Source: Octopus bimaculoides (Eukaryota). From it: a DNA stretch of 36,901 nt. The notes beneath the pieces are model-generated. The model was not told the origin of the DNA and searched no databases. It saw nothing but the letters and a program-made list of their open reading frames with translations. The stretch is taken from contig NC_068990.1 of assembly GCF_001194135.2 (NCBI RefSeq), positions 46,846,188 through 46,883,088 on the forward strand. Reading direction: 5' to 3'. The position numbers were made by a program, and so were the translations under genes. Below, piece after piece: positions 24,610-35,699 of this stretch (its first letter is position 1; each line of letters opens with the position of its first letter).

Positions 24610-24985
24610 ATGCCAGCACCGGGCCTTGCTTTCTCAACGGAGAGCAATTGGTGACGTGAAGAGGAGAGACTTGCTATATAGGCAACTGTTAGGCTTTCTT
24701 ACAAACTCTGCCCACCTCTGCGCTCTAAAGGAAATTTTCTATGTTAAGTATTTCATCGTTAATCAAGACCGCGTGGTAGCAACTACGCTGCACGTTCTCG
24801 CATGACCTGCTTCAGGTAGTAGTCAAAATTTCTCACAAAATACCGCATTGCCATCTAAGAAAAAGGAAGAATACATTGGAAAATATAGCCATGAATATAC
24901 AAAGTGATAAAGAGGTTAACGTAGCTGGAATCCCTTTTACTAAAAGTTTACTCGATCAGGTTAATCTGAAATTAAACAACAACTA
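24610..24985 (+). repeat. Dispersed repeat family D (SINE-like or LINE 3' end, AAC tail)
   Basis: Shares CCATCT.A...GGAA..ACATT.GAAAAT and CTCGATCAGGTT...TTAAACAACAAC with the reverse complement of 30590-30790. Further pieces occur at about 11700-11765 (-), 15655-15745 (+), 30335-30400 (-) and 33365-33410 (-). Confidence 0.65.
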
Positions 24986-25009
24986 CAAGAACAGCTGCGT
25001 ATTTGTAGC

Positions 25010-25042
25010 TACATACATATGAATATAAGTATATGTATGTGT

Positions 25043-25097
<55 letters not shown>

Positions 25098-25148
25098 GCG
25101 AGAGGAAAAGAGAGAGAGAGCGAGATACAGATATATACATATATATAC

Positions 25149-25181
<33 letters not shown>

Positions 25182-25265
25182 TGTATGTATGTATGTATGT
25201 ATATTTACAGAAAGAGACAAAGACAGAGATAGAGAGAGACAGAGAGAGAGTCAGCGAGAAAGGGA
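25010..25265. repeat. (AT)n/(GA)n/(GTAT)n compound microsatellite
   Basis: Directly visible. Confidence 0.93.
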
Positions 25266-25520
25266 GAGAGCGACTGGTACAATTAATGGATTAACTGATA
25301 TACACATATACGTATTAAGCTCCTCACGCTTGTCGTGTTTAGTGGTATCTTCGACAGCATTCAGCAACAGAAAATGCATTTCCTTTAGCGTGACCCCAAC
25401 CTTCAAATGATTGTGTGCACGCATACACACACACTGACACACATATATACACACTATGCGTGGATGACTATAAGAGAAAGTGTACGCATGTGGTATATAT
25501 ATACGTGTGTGTGTGTGTGT

Positions 25521-25558
<38 letters not shown>

Positions 25559-26402
25559 TGGTGTGGGGGTGATTATGTATGCATATAATCTTTAAACCAC
25601 AGGTTGTCAGGAAAATTAAAAACTTAGCTTTAAATCTATAATCCCCTTTGTATTTGAATCAGTGAATTAAATATTCAAAGTGATTTAATTACAGGCTACA
25701 ATAAATTATATAAATCGTCTCTTTATTTGGAAAACTAAAACAATACTTAAAATNNNNNNNNNNNNNNNNNNNNNNNNNNNNNNNNNNNNNNNNNNNNNNN
25801 NNNNNNNNNNNNNNNNNNNNNNNNNNNNNNNNNNNNNNNNNNNNNNNNNNNNNNNNNNNNNNNNNNNNNNNNNNNNNNNNNNNNNNNNNNNNNNNNNNNN
25901 NNNNNNNNNNNNNNNNNNNNNNNNNNNNNNNNNNNNNNNNNNNNNNNNNNNNNNNNNNNNNNNNNNNNNNNNNNNNNNNNNNNNNNNNNNNNNNNNNNNN
26001 NNNNNNNNNNNNNNNNNNNNNNNNNNNNNNNNNNNNNNNNNNNNNNNNNNNNNNNNNNNNNNNNNNNNNNNNNNNNNNNNNNNNNNNNNNNNNNNNNNNN
26101 NNNNNNNNNNNNNNNNNNNNNNNNNNNNNNNNNNNNNNNNNNNNNNNNNNNNNNNNNNNNNNNNNNNNNNNNNNNNNNNNNNNNNNNNNNNNNNNNNNNN
26201 NNNNNNNNNNNNNNNNNNNNNNNNNNNNNNNNNNNNNNNNNNNNNNNNNNNNNNNNNNNNNNNNNNNNNNNNNNNNNNNNNNNNNNNNNNNNNNNNNNNN
26301 NNNNNNNNNNNNNNNNNNNNNNNNNNNNNNNNNNNNNNTTCTAGAGGCGAATTAATTGGTATCACGAGAAAAGTAGAGGTTGCTTAAAGTATATCCAGTG
26401 TC

Positions 26403-26615
26403 GGATTATTCTTTTCTACTCTAGGCCCGAAATTTTTGGGAGGGGGACAATCGATTAGATCGACCCCAGTACGCAACTGGTACTTAATTTATTGACCCCG
26501 AAAGGATGAAAGGCAAAGTCGACCTCGGCGGAATTTGAACTCAGAACGTGATGACAGACGAAATACCGCTAAGCATTTCGCCCGGCGTGCTAACGCTTCT
26601 GCCAGCTCGCCGCCT
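26403..26615 (-). mobile_element. SINE family A, least diverged-looking copy in the window
   Basis: Reverse complement: GGCGGCGAGCTGGCAGAAGCGTTAGCACGCCGGGCGAAATGCTTAGCGGTATTTCGTCTGTC...GAGTTCAAATTCCGCCGAGGTCGACTTTGCCTTTCATCCTTTCGGGGTC...GAGTAGAAAAGAATA. Confidence 0.95.
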
Positions 26616-27290
26616 TCAGGTGCAGATTATTGTGAAGGAACAACACCGAAACAAGCAATGATACCGACAATGAAGCAGCCGAAATCAATGACATTCAGTT
26701 GGTATCTGACCTCGAAAGATCTTGGGTCCACTAATTAACGAAAACATAACATGCAAAACTGAAATTAAGAGGTCAACTGAAACAACAACAATACAGTCAG
26801 TGAAACTGAATAAAATTCGCAACACCAAGTAGTTAACATCAAGCAACATAGTAAGTCTAGTACAATCGATAATAACTGCAACTTTGTTGTGTTAATGTGG
26901 GATATAGGTATATTAAGAGATAAAAGACTAAAAGCATACAGATGAAATAGTTCGCGTTCGAAATGAAATTGTTAGCGTTCGAGATGAAATGCTTTCGCGG
27001 AATTCTTGGAGTTGCCTTCCGAACCAGATAGTTAATCTTAGAACTTTAGGCGTTGTTTGAGAAAATAACAAGACACAGAGGCACAACAAGGTGAAGAGAA
27101 TTGATTCGGTCTCATCAGTAATAATACTGGGCTACTTGAAAATACAATTATGCTTGGGAAAATAGAAAGTAAATGAAAGACTACCCCAATGCTTTTAAGA
27201 TTTAGACTGCATTGAGAGCTTCGAAATATATAAAGAGTGCTCAATACCGATAGTGAAGGCGAAGATTGTTGAAGGTTCAAGGGTACCAAC
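26616..27290 (+). mobile_element. Old RTE-clade LINE remnant (post-RT to C-terminus)
   Basis: Across frameshifts: (Y)LGS.INENITCKTEIKR...VKLNKI...SLVQSI...DKRLKA...AFEMKCFRGILGV...FG.I...LLENTIMLGKIE. This follows the RTE order YLGS / EIxRRI / AFEMxCxRRIL / FGH / LEKxIMLGKIEG. Confidence 0.75.
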
Positions 27291-28297
27291 TTAAAAAATG
27301 CTATGGAAGCGAACTGAGTTCAGAAAAATAAGCGCCAGGTATATAATATTGCTTTAACTCTTCTACACATCTCCTATGTGTCTGTGGTGGGCCACAGACA
27401 CATAAAAGAAATGGTTCTAAATTAATAAATTTAATAAAACGGAAGTATTATAGTCGGTCAGATTTCTTTCAGTGTATTGTAAGTAACAATTATCTTTTTT
27501 TTTAGTTGTTTTAGATTCCTATATAGCAGAATTACAAATACCTACGGAGTTTTGACCTCAGAAGAGTGAAATATGAAACCGTTTTCTGCATTGTATCCAT
27601 CTCAGTGATGTATTACTTTCTCAATCTGATTTATACTGATAACAAGAAACATTCTTCAAAGCATTCTTTGAAGAAAGAATTTACAAAGTTAAAACATATG
27701 CATATTATACCGAAATATACATTAAAAATCACTAGCTTTATGAATTAATAAATACAAGTGTTTAATATATGGATAATTTAATTATAATTTTATCAATTTT
27801 AATTATTTATAATCAAATTATCCGTTAAACTTGTTTCGCGGCGACGCCAAATGTTCTACAATTTCTAAGCTTGTTACTACAGTAGCAGAAAGATATGGTC
27901 AAGCCTAATAAGGTCGGTCAAAGAATAATGTTGTTAACCGTTAATGTTGCTAACCGTTAATATTTTCCTTAATTACTGCATTTAACCCTATTGTGGTTAT
28001 TTCTTATGCTTAAATAAAGAAAAGACAGAAAGCAAACGATTGGAATGTTTCATTTTAGATCTGCTGCGTCAAGGGTAATCTAGACTGAACTATAACTAGG
28101 CTCTTAACTAGAAATTGTCCTTATATTTCTATAATTTGTATTCTTTTCTTTACACACACACACACACACGCACGCACACACATATATATGTGTGTATGTG
28201 TATACACTTTAGCGATTCGCTAAGTCATCCATAGATTTCTATGATGAAAGCATACATACTGAGAAAGTAAGTCCGAAATCTGCTGAAGTAAAGCCAG

Positions 28298-28348
28298 TCT
28301 TTACTGATGAGGCAACAGAAATTGTCGAAACTGAATTTAGTATCAGGA
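28298..28348 (+). ncRNA. Candidate minimal type I hammerhead ribozyme (Penelope-type)
   Basis: UCUUUA-CUGAUGA(28304-10)-GGCAA-cagaaa-UUGUC-GAAA(28327-30)-CUG-aauu-UAG-UA/UCAGGA. The conserved core is complete, stem II has 5 bp, stem III is a near palindrome (ACUGAAUUUAGU), and predicted cleavage is after GUA (28342/28343). Stem I has one mismatch. Confidence 0.7.
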
Positions 28349-28684
28349 ATTCTCGAACGGCATTTTCGGACGATTATAGTTCCTGTTTGTATATATGTAT
28401 ATAACTATGTGCTTTGACTACACCATTAAAGCATTTTAGCTCTTATTTCTAGTAATGTAAGTGTTTCTAACACCCTTGTCGCATTTGGTGACTATTATAG
28501 CTTTCCTTTCGGTAAAACATAGCAAACTGCTGTATATTTTAGTTATATATATATATCTTTGTATATGTGTGTTTGTATATCACATTTTTCGTTGTATAAA
28601 AGGAATGTCCTTAATCCAAGACTTGATGTCAGAATTTGCTTACGTCTTATACACCGAATATATGAATAATCTATATGTATATCT

Positions 28685-28895
28685 TTCTTTCCCTTCTTAC
28701 CTTTTGACCGTGTGCTCGTTGAGAAAATCATTGATGAGGTCGCAACCAGATTTCATCACTTCACTCCATCTTCTGCTGCTTTCTGTAAGTCGTCGAAATT
28801 GATGCCTGTCCACTCTTGATGTTAACCCAGGCGAGAATCGATTCGGCATGGGTTCTGGTCTGGCTATCAGAATCATGAACGTATTATGGACAAGT
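28685..28895 (-). mobile_element. RTE-clade LINE 3' terminal fragment
   Basis: Reverse complement reads W.NIK(E)WTGINFDDLQKAAED..*.NLVATSS, followed by a CAACGAGCACACGGTCA 3' end, typical of RTE C-termini (NIKEWTG...AEDR..W). Confidence 0.7.
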
Positions 28896-30589
28896 TAGCT
28901 AGGCGGCGCCTAAATTGTTTTAACAAACCGTTGACCAAAATGCAATCGCTTAATCAGTTTTTAAAATTTTTACTTGATACTTGATAGTCTGACACATGCT
29001 TAATGTAAAGTTGGATATGCAACTAATAGCCCAAATACCCTATCTTAAGCATACGGGGTAAAATAGTTTGTTTCTTCATTTTTCCTTCTATTTGTTATCT
29101 CCTTCACAGTGTCAAAAGCGAAGAGACTGCCATACAGAGTTAAAGTCAAATTAAGTGTGATTAATTATGCTAAAAAGAGTAAAACATTGAAATAGAGCTG
29201 CCGAACACATTTCGGTCTTCAATGAACAGAAGAAAATGATTTCTTGCTGCTTAGATCAAGAAGAAAAATTGCAAATGATTAAAACGATAAACTTAATTTC
29301 CGGATGGGGAGTGGGGTGCAAAATAGCAATATATCTGGATCAGAGAAGGCAAGGACTACTCGCTTCTACGAATATGATGATTTCTGAAGCGAAAAAGATT
29401 GCATGTGATAATAATTTGGGTGGTTTAACCGGTCATATATCATGATGATATCTGTTCATAAAACGCAAAAGCCTAGTCATGAGAATCATGACGAAAACTG
29501 CACGAAAAGTGTCCGATGGCTTTGAAAAGAAAACTATCCTTTTCACAAGTATATTATACAGTTAAGAGAAAAGAAGTTTCATTTAAATTGTCTTAAATAG
29601 CAAATGTGGATAAAACAATAGAACTATTGATACAATGGTATTAAAACTATTACTGTGAAGACTACTGGATACGCGAAGAGTATTATTTAATGATGCTTGC
29701 GTGTAACAAAATTGCTAATAGTGTTAATTTTAAAAGAAAAATTACTCATCAGTGATTACGTTCACAAGCATGGAAAAGGATAGATGAAGGTGAAATAGTC
29801 ACTTGTTTTAAAAATATTTTTTTGAAATGTCCAGGAGATTTACTAAAAAGACATTCTCCCCTTACCTCAGATTATTTCAGAGTTCATAAAACAGGAGGAA
29901 AAGATTAAGTAAAACCTGATGTGTAAAAAATAATATGACGAGCTATTATATCTAGCGGTTTAATAAATTAACTGCAACTTCTCGACGTTTCTATCAACAA
30001 ACCTTTTAAGACTTTAATGGGGGAGGATAAGAACAACATGATGCAGCAGGAAGACCTTACTGCGACCTCTTCAATAGGCATGCTATGATTTGTTATAAAA
30101 ATGTTATCAGATTCAATAAGATGTTTAATCTGTTCACTTTTGATGTTTATTAATTTTTTCAGTTTTTTTTTGTTTTATTGAGGGTTAAACAATTCTTTTA
30201 GTTAGGGGAGATAACCCAACTTTTTAATGAGAGTTGAGATAACCAAAAAGTACCGAGATGACTTTCTCGTTGAAGTGATGGCGGTGGTGGTGGTGGTGGT
30301 GGTGGTGACGGTGGTGGTTATCAATCTCCGATTAACTCTGATTGAACAGTTCTACGTCCAAAACCATTCTGTTTGAGACCATTCCATCTATTTTTTGTTA
30401 TCGAGGCCAACAGTGAAAAATTTTCTGTCCTTTTGTTTCGTTTTATTTTTGCTTTTCATCCAACATGAAAAATGTGACTTAATAAAGACATAGCTGCGCT
30501 TTCTTGCAAGCCAGGTGATCATGTAGAAATTACTTATTTCAGGAAGCTTCGTGTTGAAATACACTGTATTATCTTCGTTGCTGCTGTTA

Positions 30590-30790
30590 AGGTTGTTGTT
30601 TAACCCTAGGTTAAACCTGATCGAGCAACTTCTAAATCCTTAACATTTATAGGCTTGGTCACCCAGTTATTTTAACAGTATTTACCATTGCATTTTCTAA
30701 TGTCCTTTCCGTATTTAAGATGGTAAGATGCGGCTTGAGGTGATTTGATTATTTCTAGCGTGTCGAGATGCCACGTAGAGGCGCCCTCGT
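30590..30790 (-). repeat. Dispersed repeat family D copy
   Basis: Homologous to 24760-24985 in the opposite orientation. Confidence 0.65.
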
Positions 30791-30810
30791 TCTGACGATA
30801 ATAACAATGA

Positions 30811-30859
<49 letters not shown>

Positions 30860-31207
30860 GGTAGTGCTGGTGCTGGTGGTTATTGTGCTGACAATGGTAA
30901 AGCAGCGCGACATAGCATCCCATTAATATGTTACAATCTGTAAGATACCTGGAGAGGTGCTTATTGATGTCTGTTCTGACAAAACTAACACAAAAGAAAC
31001 CAGGAACTGTGCTAATGTCACACTGACACGGGCAAGAAGTGTTGCCGCCAATGCCATCACAGAACACATCATCGTATGATAAAGGAATACACAACACATA
31101 CACATTCCCATTATTTCTCTCAGTCCCTCTCTCACAGACGTACACACATAATCTCCGTCTTTGTCTCTGGCTGTTTCTCTCTTTCTCTGTCACACACCCC
31201 CTTCCTC

Positions 31208-31266
<59 letters not shown>

Positions 31267-32077
31267 NNNNNNNNNNNNNNNNNNNNNNNNNNNNNNNNNN
31301 NNNNNNNNNNNNNNNNNNNNNNNNNNNNNNNNNNNNNNNNNNNNNNNNNNNNNNNNNNNNNNNNNNNNNNNNNNNNNNNNNNNNNNNNNNNNNNNNNNNN
31401 NNNNNNNNNNNNNNNNNNNNNNNNNNNNNNNNNNNNNNNNNNNNNNNNNNNNNNNNNNNNNNNNNNNNNNNNNNNNNNNNNNNNNNNNNNNNNNNNNNNN
31501 NNNNNNNNNNNNNNNNNNNNNNNNNNNNNNNNNNNNNNNNNNNNNNNNNNNNNNNNNNNNNNNNNNNNNNNNNNNNNNNNNNNNNNNNNNNNNNNNNNNN
31601 NNNNNNNNNNNNNNNNNNNNNNNNNNNNNNNNNNNNNNNNNNNNNNNNNNNNNNNNNNNNNNNNNNNNNNNNNNNNNNNNNNNNNNNNNNNNNNNNNNNN
31701 NNNNNNNNNNNNNNNNNNNNNNNNNNNNNNNNNNNNNNNNNNNNNNNNNNNNNNNNNNNNNNNNNNNNNNNNNNNNNNNNNNNNNNNNNNNNNNNNNNNN
31801 NNNNNNNNNNNNNNNNNNNNNNNNNNNNNNNNNNNNNNNNNNNNNNNNNNNNNNNNNNNNNNNNNNNNNNNNNNNNNNNNNNNNNNNNNNNNNNNNNNNN
31901 NNNNNNNNNNNNNNNNNNNNNNNNNNNNNNNNNNNNNNNNNNNNNNNNNNNNNNNNCACACACAAACACGCACATACACACACACAATCACACGTACATG
32001 CACAAAACTCAGAAGAAGCACACATACATTCATGTATACATGAATGCGTACATATATGTACATGTATGTTTATATAC

Positions 32078-32127
<50 letters not shown>

Positions 32128-32693
32128 AATATATAGTTGTGTATAATATATAAATATAATATAATATATATATATATATCCATAAGATATCCATACATAC
32201 ATGCAGGCATATATACATACATGCATATATACATGTATTCATACAAACATACATATCATCAAACACTCAGATCACGCTTTCGCAATTCCTCCCATTTATA
32301 TGAAATGTATCACTCTTAAGTCATTCTGCATTATACGATAAAATGAAACAGTAATAAAGCAATTGAGAGCTTTAGTTTAGAGCAGCCAAGCTACTGGCAT
32401 TGCACAATTTCGTACACGTAAGGAAAATGACTCAGAAGAAGCGTCCAGTTCTGACCTCCGTCAAGGAATGACATCATCTCTCAATCACGTGGTACCAGAA
32501 CATTTCGTTTGATTTGCGCTTTCTACCGTATACAACACGCACAGCACATGTAGTATATCTATGTATTAGGTGTGAAACGAGGGGGGACGTGCATGCACAA
32601 GCGTGTATGATTAGATAGAGATAGAGATAGAATTAGATATATTTGTACACAGACATACACGCATACAGACATACACGCATACATACATACATG

Positions 32694-33165
32694 CAAAGAA
32701 AATAGAATGTTTTACGGAAGACAAAAATAAAATCAAATAGCGAGTAATATAACTCAAAGGAATACAGGTGGAACCTGAGAAAACTAAATGCCCCCAAATT
32801 AAAACACAACAGGCCAGGTACTACACATTAAAACATGCTCTAGCGTAGAAATCAATCGTCCATTTGATGTCTATGTGGTTAGAAAACTGCATGAGAGGGA
32901 AGATACGAACGGACTATTCATGAGAAGTTTGCAGATCCGAATCCAAGATAACGTCTAGCTTCATACTCGTTATTGTTGGAGCTACAAGTTGTATACCAGC
33001 CCGCCTGGAACAAATTATATCTGGACTTCGATTGGTGGCGAAAGAACGTAGCTCTTTAATTCAAAGGTTCTTAGGATTCAAAGGATGAACACTTACAGAA
33101 AGGCCAATGAGAACTTTATCTTTTTACATCCGTGCCACCGGCAATGTGGCCGGTCAAAAATAAAC
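32694..33165 (+). mobile_element. RLE-type (R2-group, R4/Dong-like) non-LTR retrotransposon 3' fragment, old
   Basis: Across frameshifts: KEY(W)WNL....KLKHNRP / KTCSSVEI..PFDV.VVRKLHERED..G..MRSLQI / FI.VIVGA...IPARLEQ...KERSSLIQR. These are PD-(D/E)xK restriction-like endonuclease motifs in the same order as the element at 34882. Confidence 0.7.
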
Positions 33166-33207
33166 TAAAGCTTAAGAGACAGAGGGAACATGCAATATAT
33201 ACGTGCA

Positions 33208-33238
<31 letters not shown>

Positions 33239-33557
33239 GTGTGTGCGTGTGTGTGTGCGTGTGTGCATATTTAAGTCCTCGAAGGTCAGTGTTGACTATG
33301 TATCTGCACTAAGAGTTCTACTTCAAGAATTAGAGTTGGGCAGCGTTTGAATGGAACATTGAATGTTGCTCTTATAGCAAGTCTCCCCTCTCCACGTCTT
33401 CATGTTTGTCAAGTGGAAAGCCAAGGGCTAAATACAGCTTAGCCAATGTGTTATCCCAGGTGAACTTACATCATACAGGACTATGATACATAAAGTAAAG
33501 CATTCAGCAAATCTTTGCAGGATTTGAGCGTATGTATAAGTACACACACACACACAG

Positions 33558-33589
<32 letters not shown>

Positions 33590-33649
33590 ACACACACATA
33601 CACACACACGCACACACANNNNNNNNNNNNNNNNNNNNNNNNNNNNNNN

Positions 33650-33689
<40 letters not shown>

Positions 33690-34881
33690 CAGAAAAACCT
33701 CGCTTCGGTAACCAAATGGAAGCAGGAAATCTGTAATGAGATATTTTAGGAAGTAATCTCTATGTATATAACCAATCAAACTATTACAGCATCGATTTAA
33801 ATATCTTATAGTAAGCCACGTCTTTTTCAAAATGGCTCCTAAGATAAATCTCGAAAATAACAAAGCAGCAACTGAAAGGAAAGAAAAGAATAAAAAAATA
33901 GGGCGCCAGAAATAAAAGAAATGAATTAATTAATTCTACAATGTAATAAATAGGAATTAAATCAACACTAACAAAAAGAAAGCCCTGTAAAAGAAAATAT
34001 ATACAAAATTAAATTTTAAAAAAGTATAAAATAGTAACGATTAACATAAACAAGCTGGTGAGTTCTCTGATTCTACATCTCATTTCAATGAGCTGATATT
34101 GAAAATATTATAGGAATGTAATTAAATTTTACATACCATATCGATTGTTATTTTACGCTGTGATACATCAATAAAATGTTGGAAAGCAAACACGACAATA
34201 TGGTAGAGAGAGGAGGATAAATATAATGCGAAACGTTAAGTGTGAGACGAATACTAATTCTATATTTGTATAATTTGTCGTTGTTTAATTTTAAGCTTTC
34301 AAATTTTCTATTACTTTATATAAATTCTTTCTTTTTTCGTTTGGCTTTGCTTTCGTTTAGATAATTTAACAAGATTCAATAACTGTTACAAAATCATTCT
34401 TTTTTTTCTCATTTTAGAATAGTATTAATCGTGTGCAGAAAATTCACCGATAACAATTCAACGATTAGAAAGAGTCTCATTTGAAGAGACGAAGATATTA
34501 TGAATTATTGAAGTAATAACACAATGACTCGATATTAATTACGAACCTAACAAGTCTACCGTTCCCTGTTCATGAGGTTACTTCATAATATTTTAGTTTA
34601 GAAATTTCTTCAAAGTAGTATCAATGTCTTCATATTTTAAATTAAATTTTATGAATAATAAGTAGATATCTTTTTAAAATTCAGTTTTGAAGGCACGATA
34701 TTACTAAATATGGTGAATTTGTTAATCAGTCAATAGCTTCTCGGCGAATTTGTTAACTAGTGAATTGTTGATTTGTAAATAATCAGTTAATAATTTGATT
34801 GGTTGTCGGCAAACATTCCAATAGTTCTGATAATGGACCTTGTATACATACATACATACATATATGCATACATACATAAGC

Positions 34882-35601
34882 ACATAAGCCATATCATAGG
34901 CAGTTGTCCAGAAATGTCATTGCGGTATTATCTATCGACGAGATATGATCCTGTAGCCAGGACATTGTATAATGGGATCCGTCGGAAGGATAACCCTAAA
35001 GCCAAAGAATTAATTACTCACAGTATGGTAGGGGTCATAGCAATTCATAATATGGAGTACCGGTAGGATGTCCTAGTGAAAGCCTCAATAAAATGTAAAC
35101 ACAATAGATCTGACATTTGGGACAGTAGTAGAAATCAGCTACCCAGCAGATGTTAACATAAAGCTAAAAATCGGTGCAAAAGAAAACACATATGCTGAAC
35201 TACTGAGAAATCTACACTTACTCCACTCAGATAACAAGTTCGGGTTTATACCTGTAATTGCTGGGACACTGGAATATGTAACACACTGTCCAAGTACCAA
35301 TCTTGAGAAATTTGGCTTCTCAAAACCAGGAAGGAGAAAGCCATCACTGAAACTGTAAAAATTTGTAAAACTTTCCAAAAGTTTATCATTTAAGTATTCA
35401 TGCACATACAATTATATGCATGAAAATACATACATAAAACAAAACATACAAATCTGCACATGCACTGACTCCAAATACTGCACATATACCCAAATACATG
35501 CAAAAATACCATGTTGATGTTGTTAAGACTCTAATTAAGGAGTCTTGGGTCTAGGTTAGAAACCAACTTTCTTTCTTGACAAGAAATAAAACGGAATAAT
35601 G
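34882..35601 (+). mobile_element. RLE-type (R4/Dong-like) non-LTR retrotransposon, 5'-truncated, with 3' UTR
   Basis: ISHIIGSCPEMSLRYYLSTRYDPVARTLYN (end of the CCHC knuckle)...EY(W)*DV..KASIKCKHNRSDI / EISYPADVNIKLKI..KENTYAELLRNL..L....KFGFIPVIAGTL...NLEKFGFS / ITETVKICKTFQKFII* (stop 35391-35393). The 3' UTR ends AAATAAAACGGAATAATG, then (ACAT)n. Confidence 0.85.
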
Positions 35602-35631
35602 ACATACATACATACATACATACATACATAC

Positions 35632-35697
<66 letters not shown>
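35602..35697. repeat. (ACAT)n-(TA)n compound microsatellite between two retrotransposon 3' ends
   Basis: Directly visible. Confidence 0.97.

Positions 35698-35699
<2 letters not shown>

Noticed and set aside
27100-27125. CUGAUGA on the minus strand
   Set aside because: No room for stem II and no GAAA box. It lies within RTE coding remnant.
27982-28079. piggyBac-like mini element (TTAA-CCCT...AGGG-TAAT)
   Set aside because: Only about 4-7 bp of terminal match and an imperfect right TTAA, so it could be chance.
27824-28930. Possible terminal inverted repeats enclosing the hammerhead
   Set aside because: Similarity (GTTAAA...GGCG.CGCC) is too loose and no TSD is evident.
1045-33863. Most ORF-track entries ([20 protein letters not shown] and X-containing ORFs)
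   Set aside because: They are translations of microsatellites or read-throughs of N gaps, not genes.
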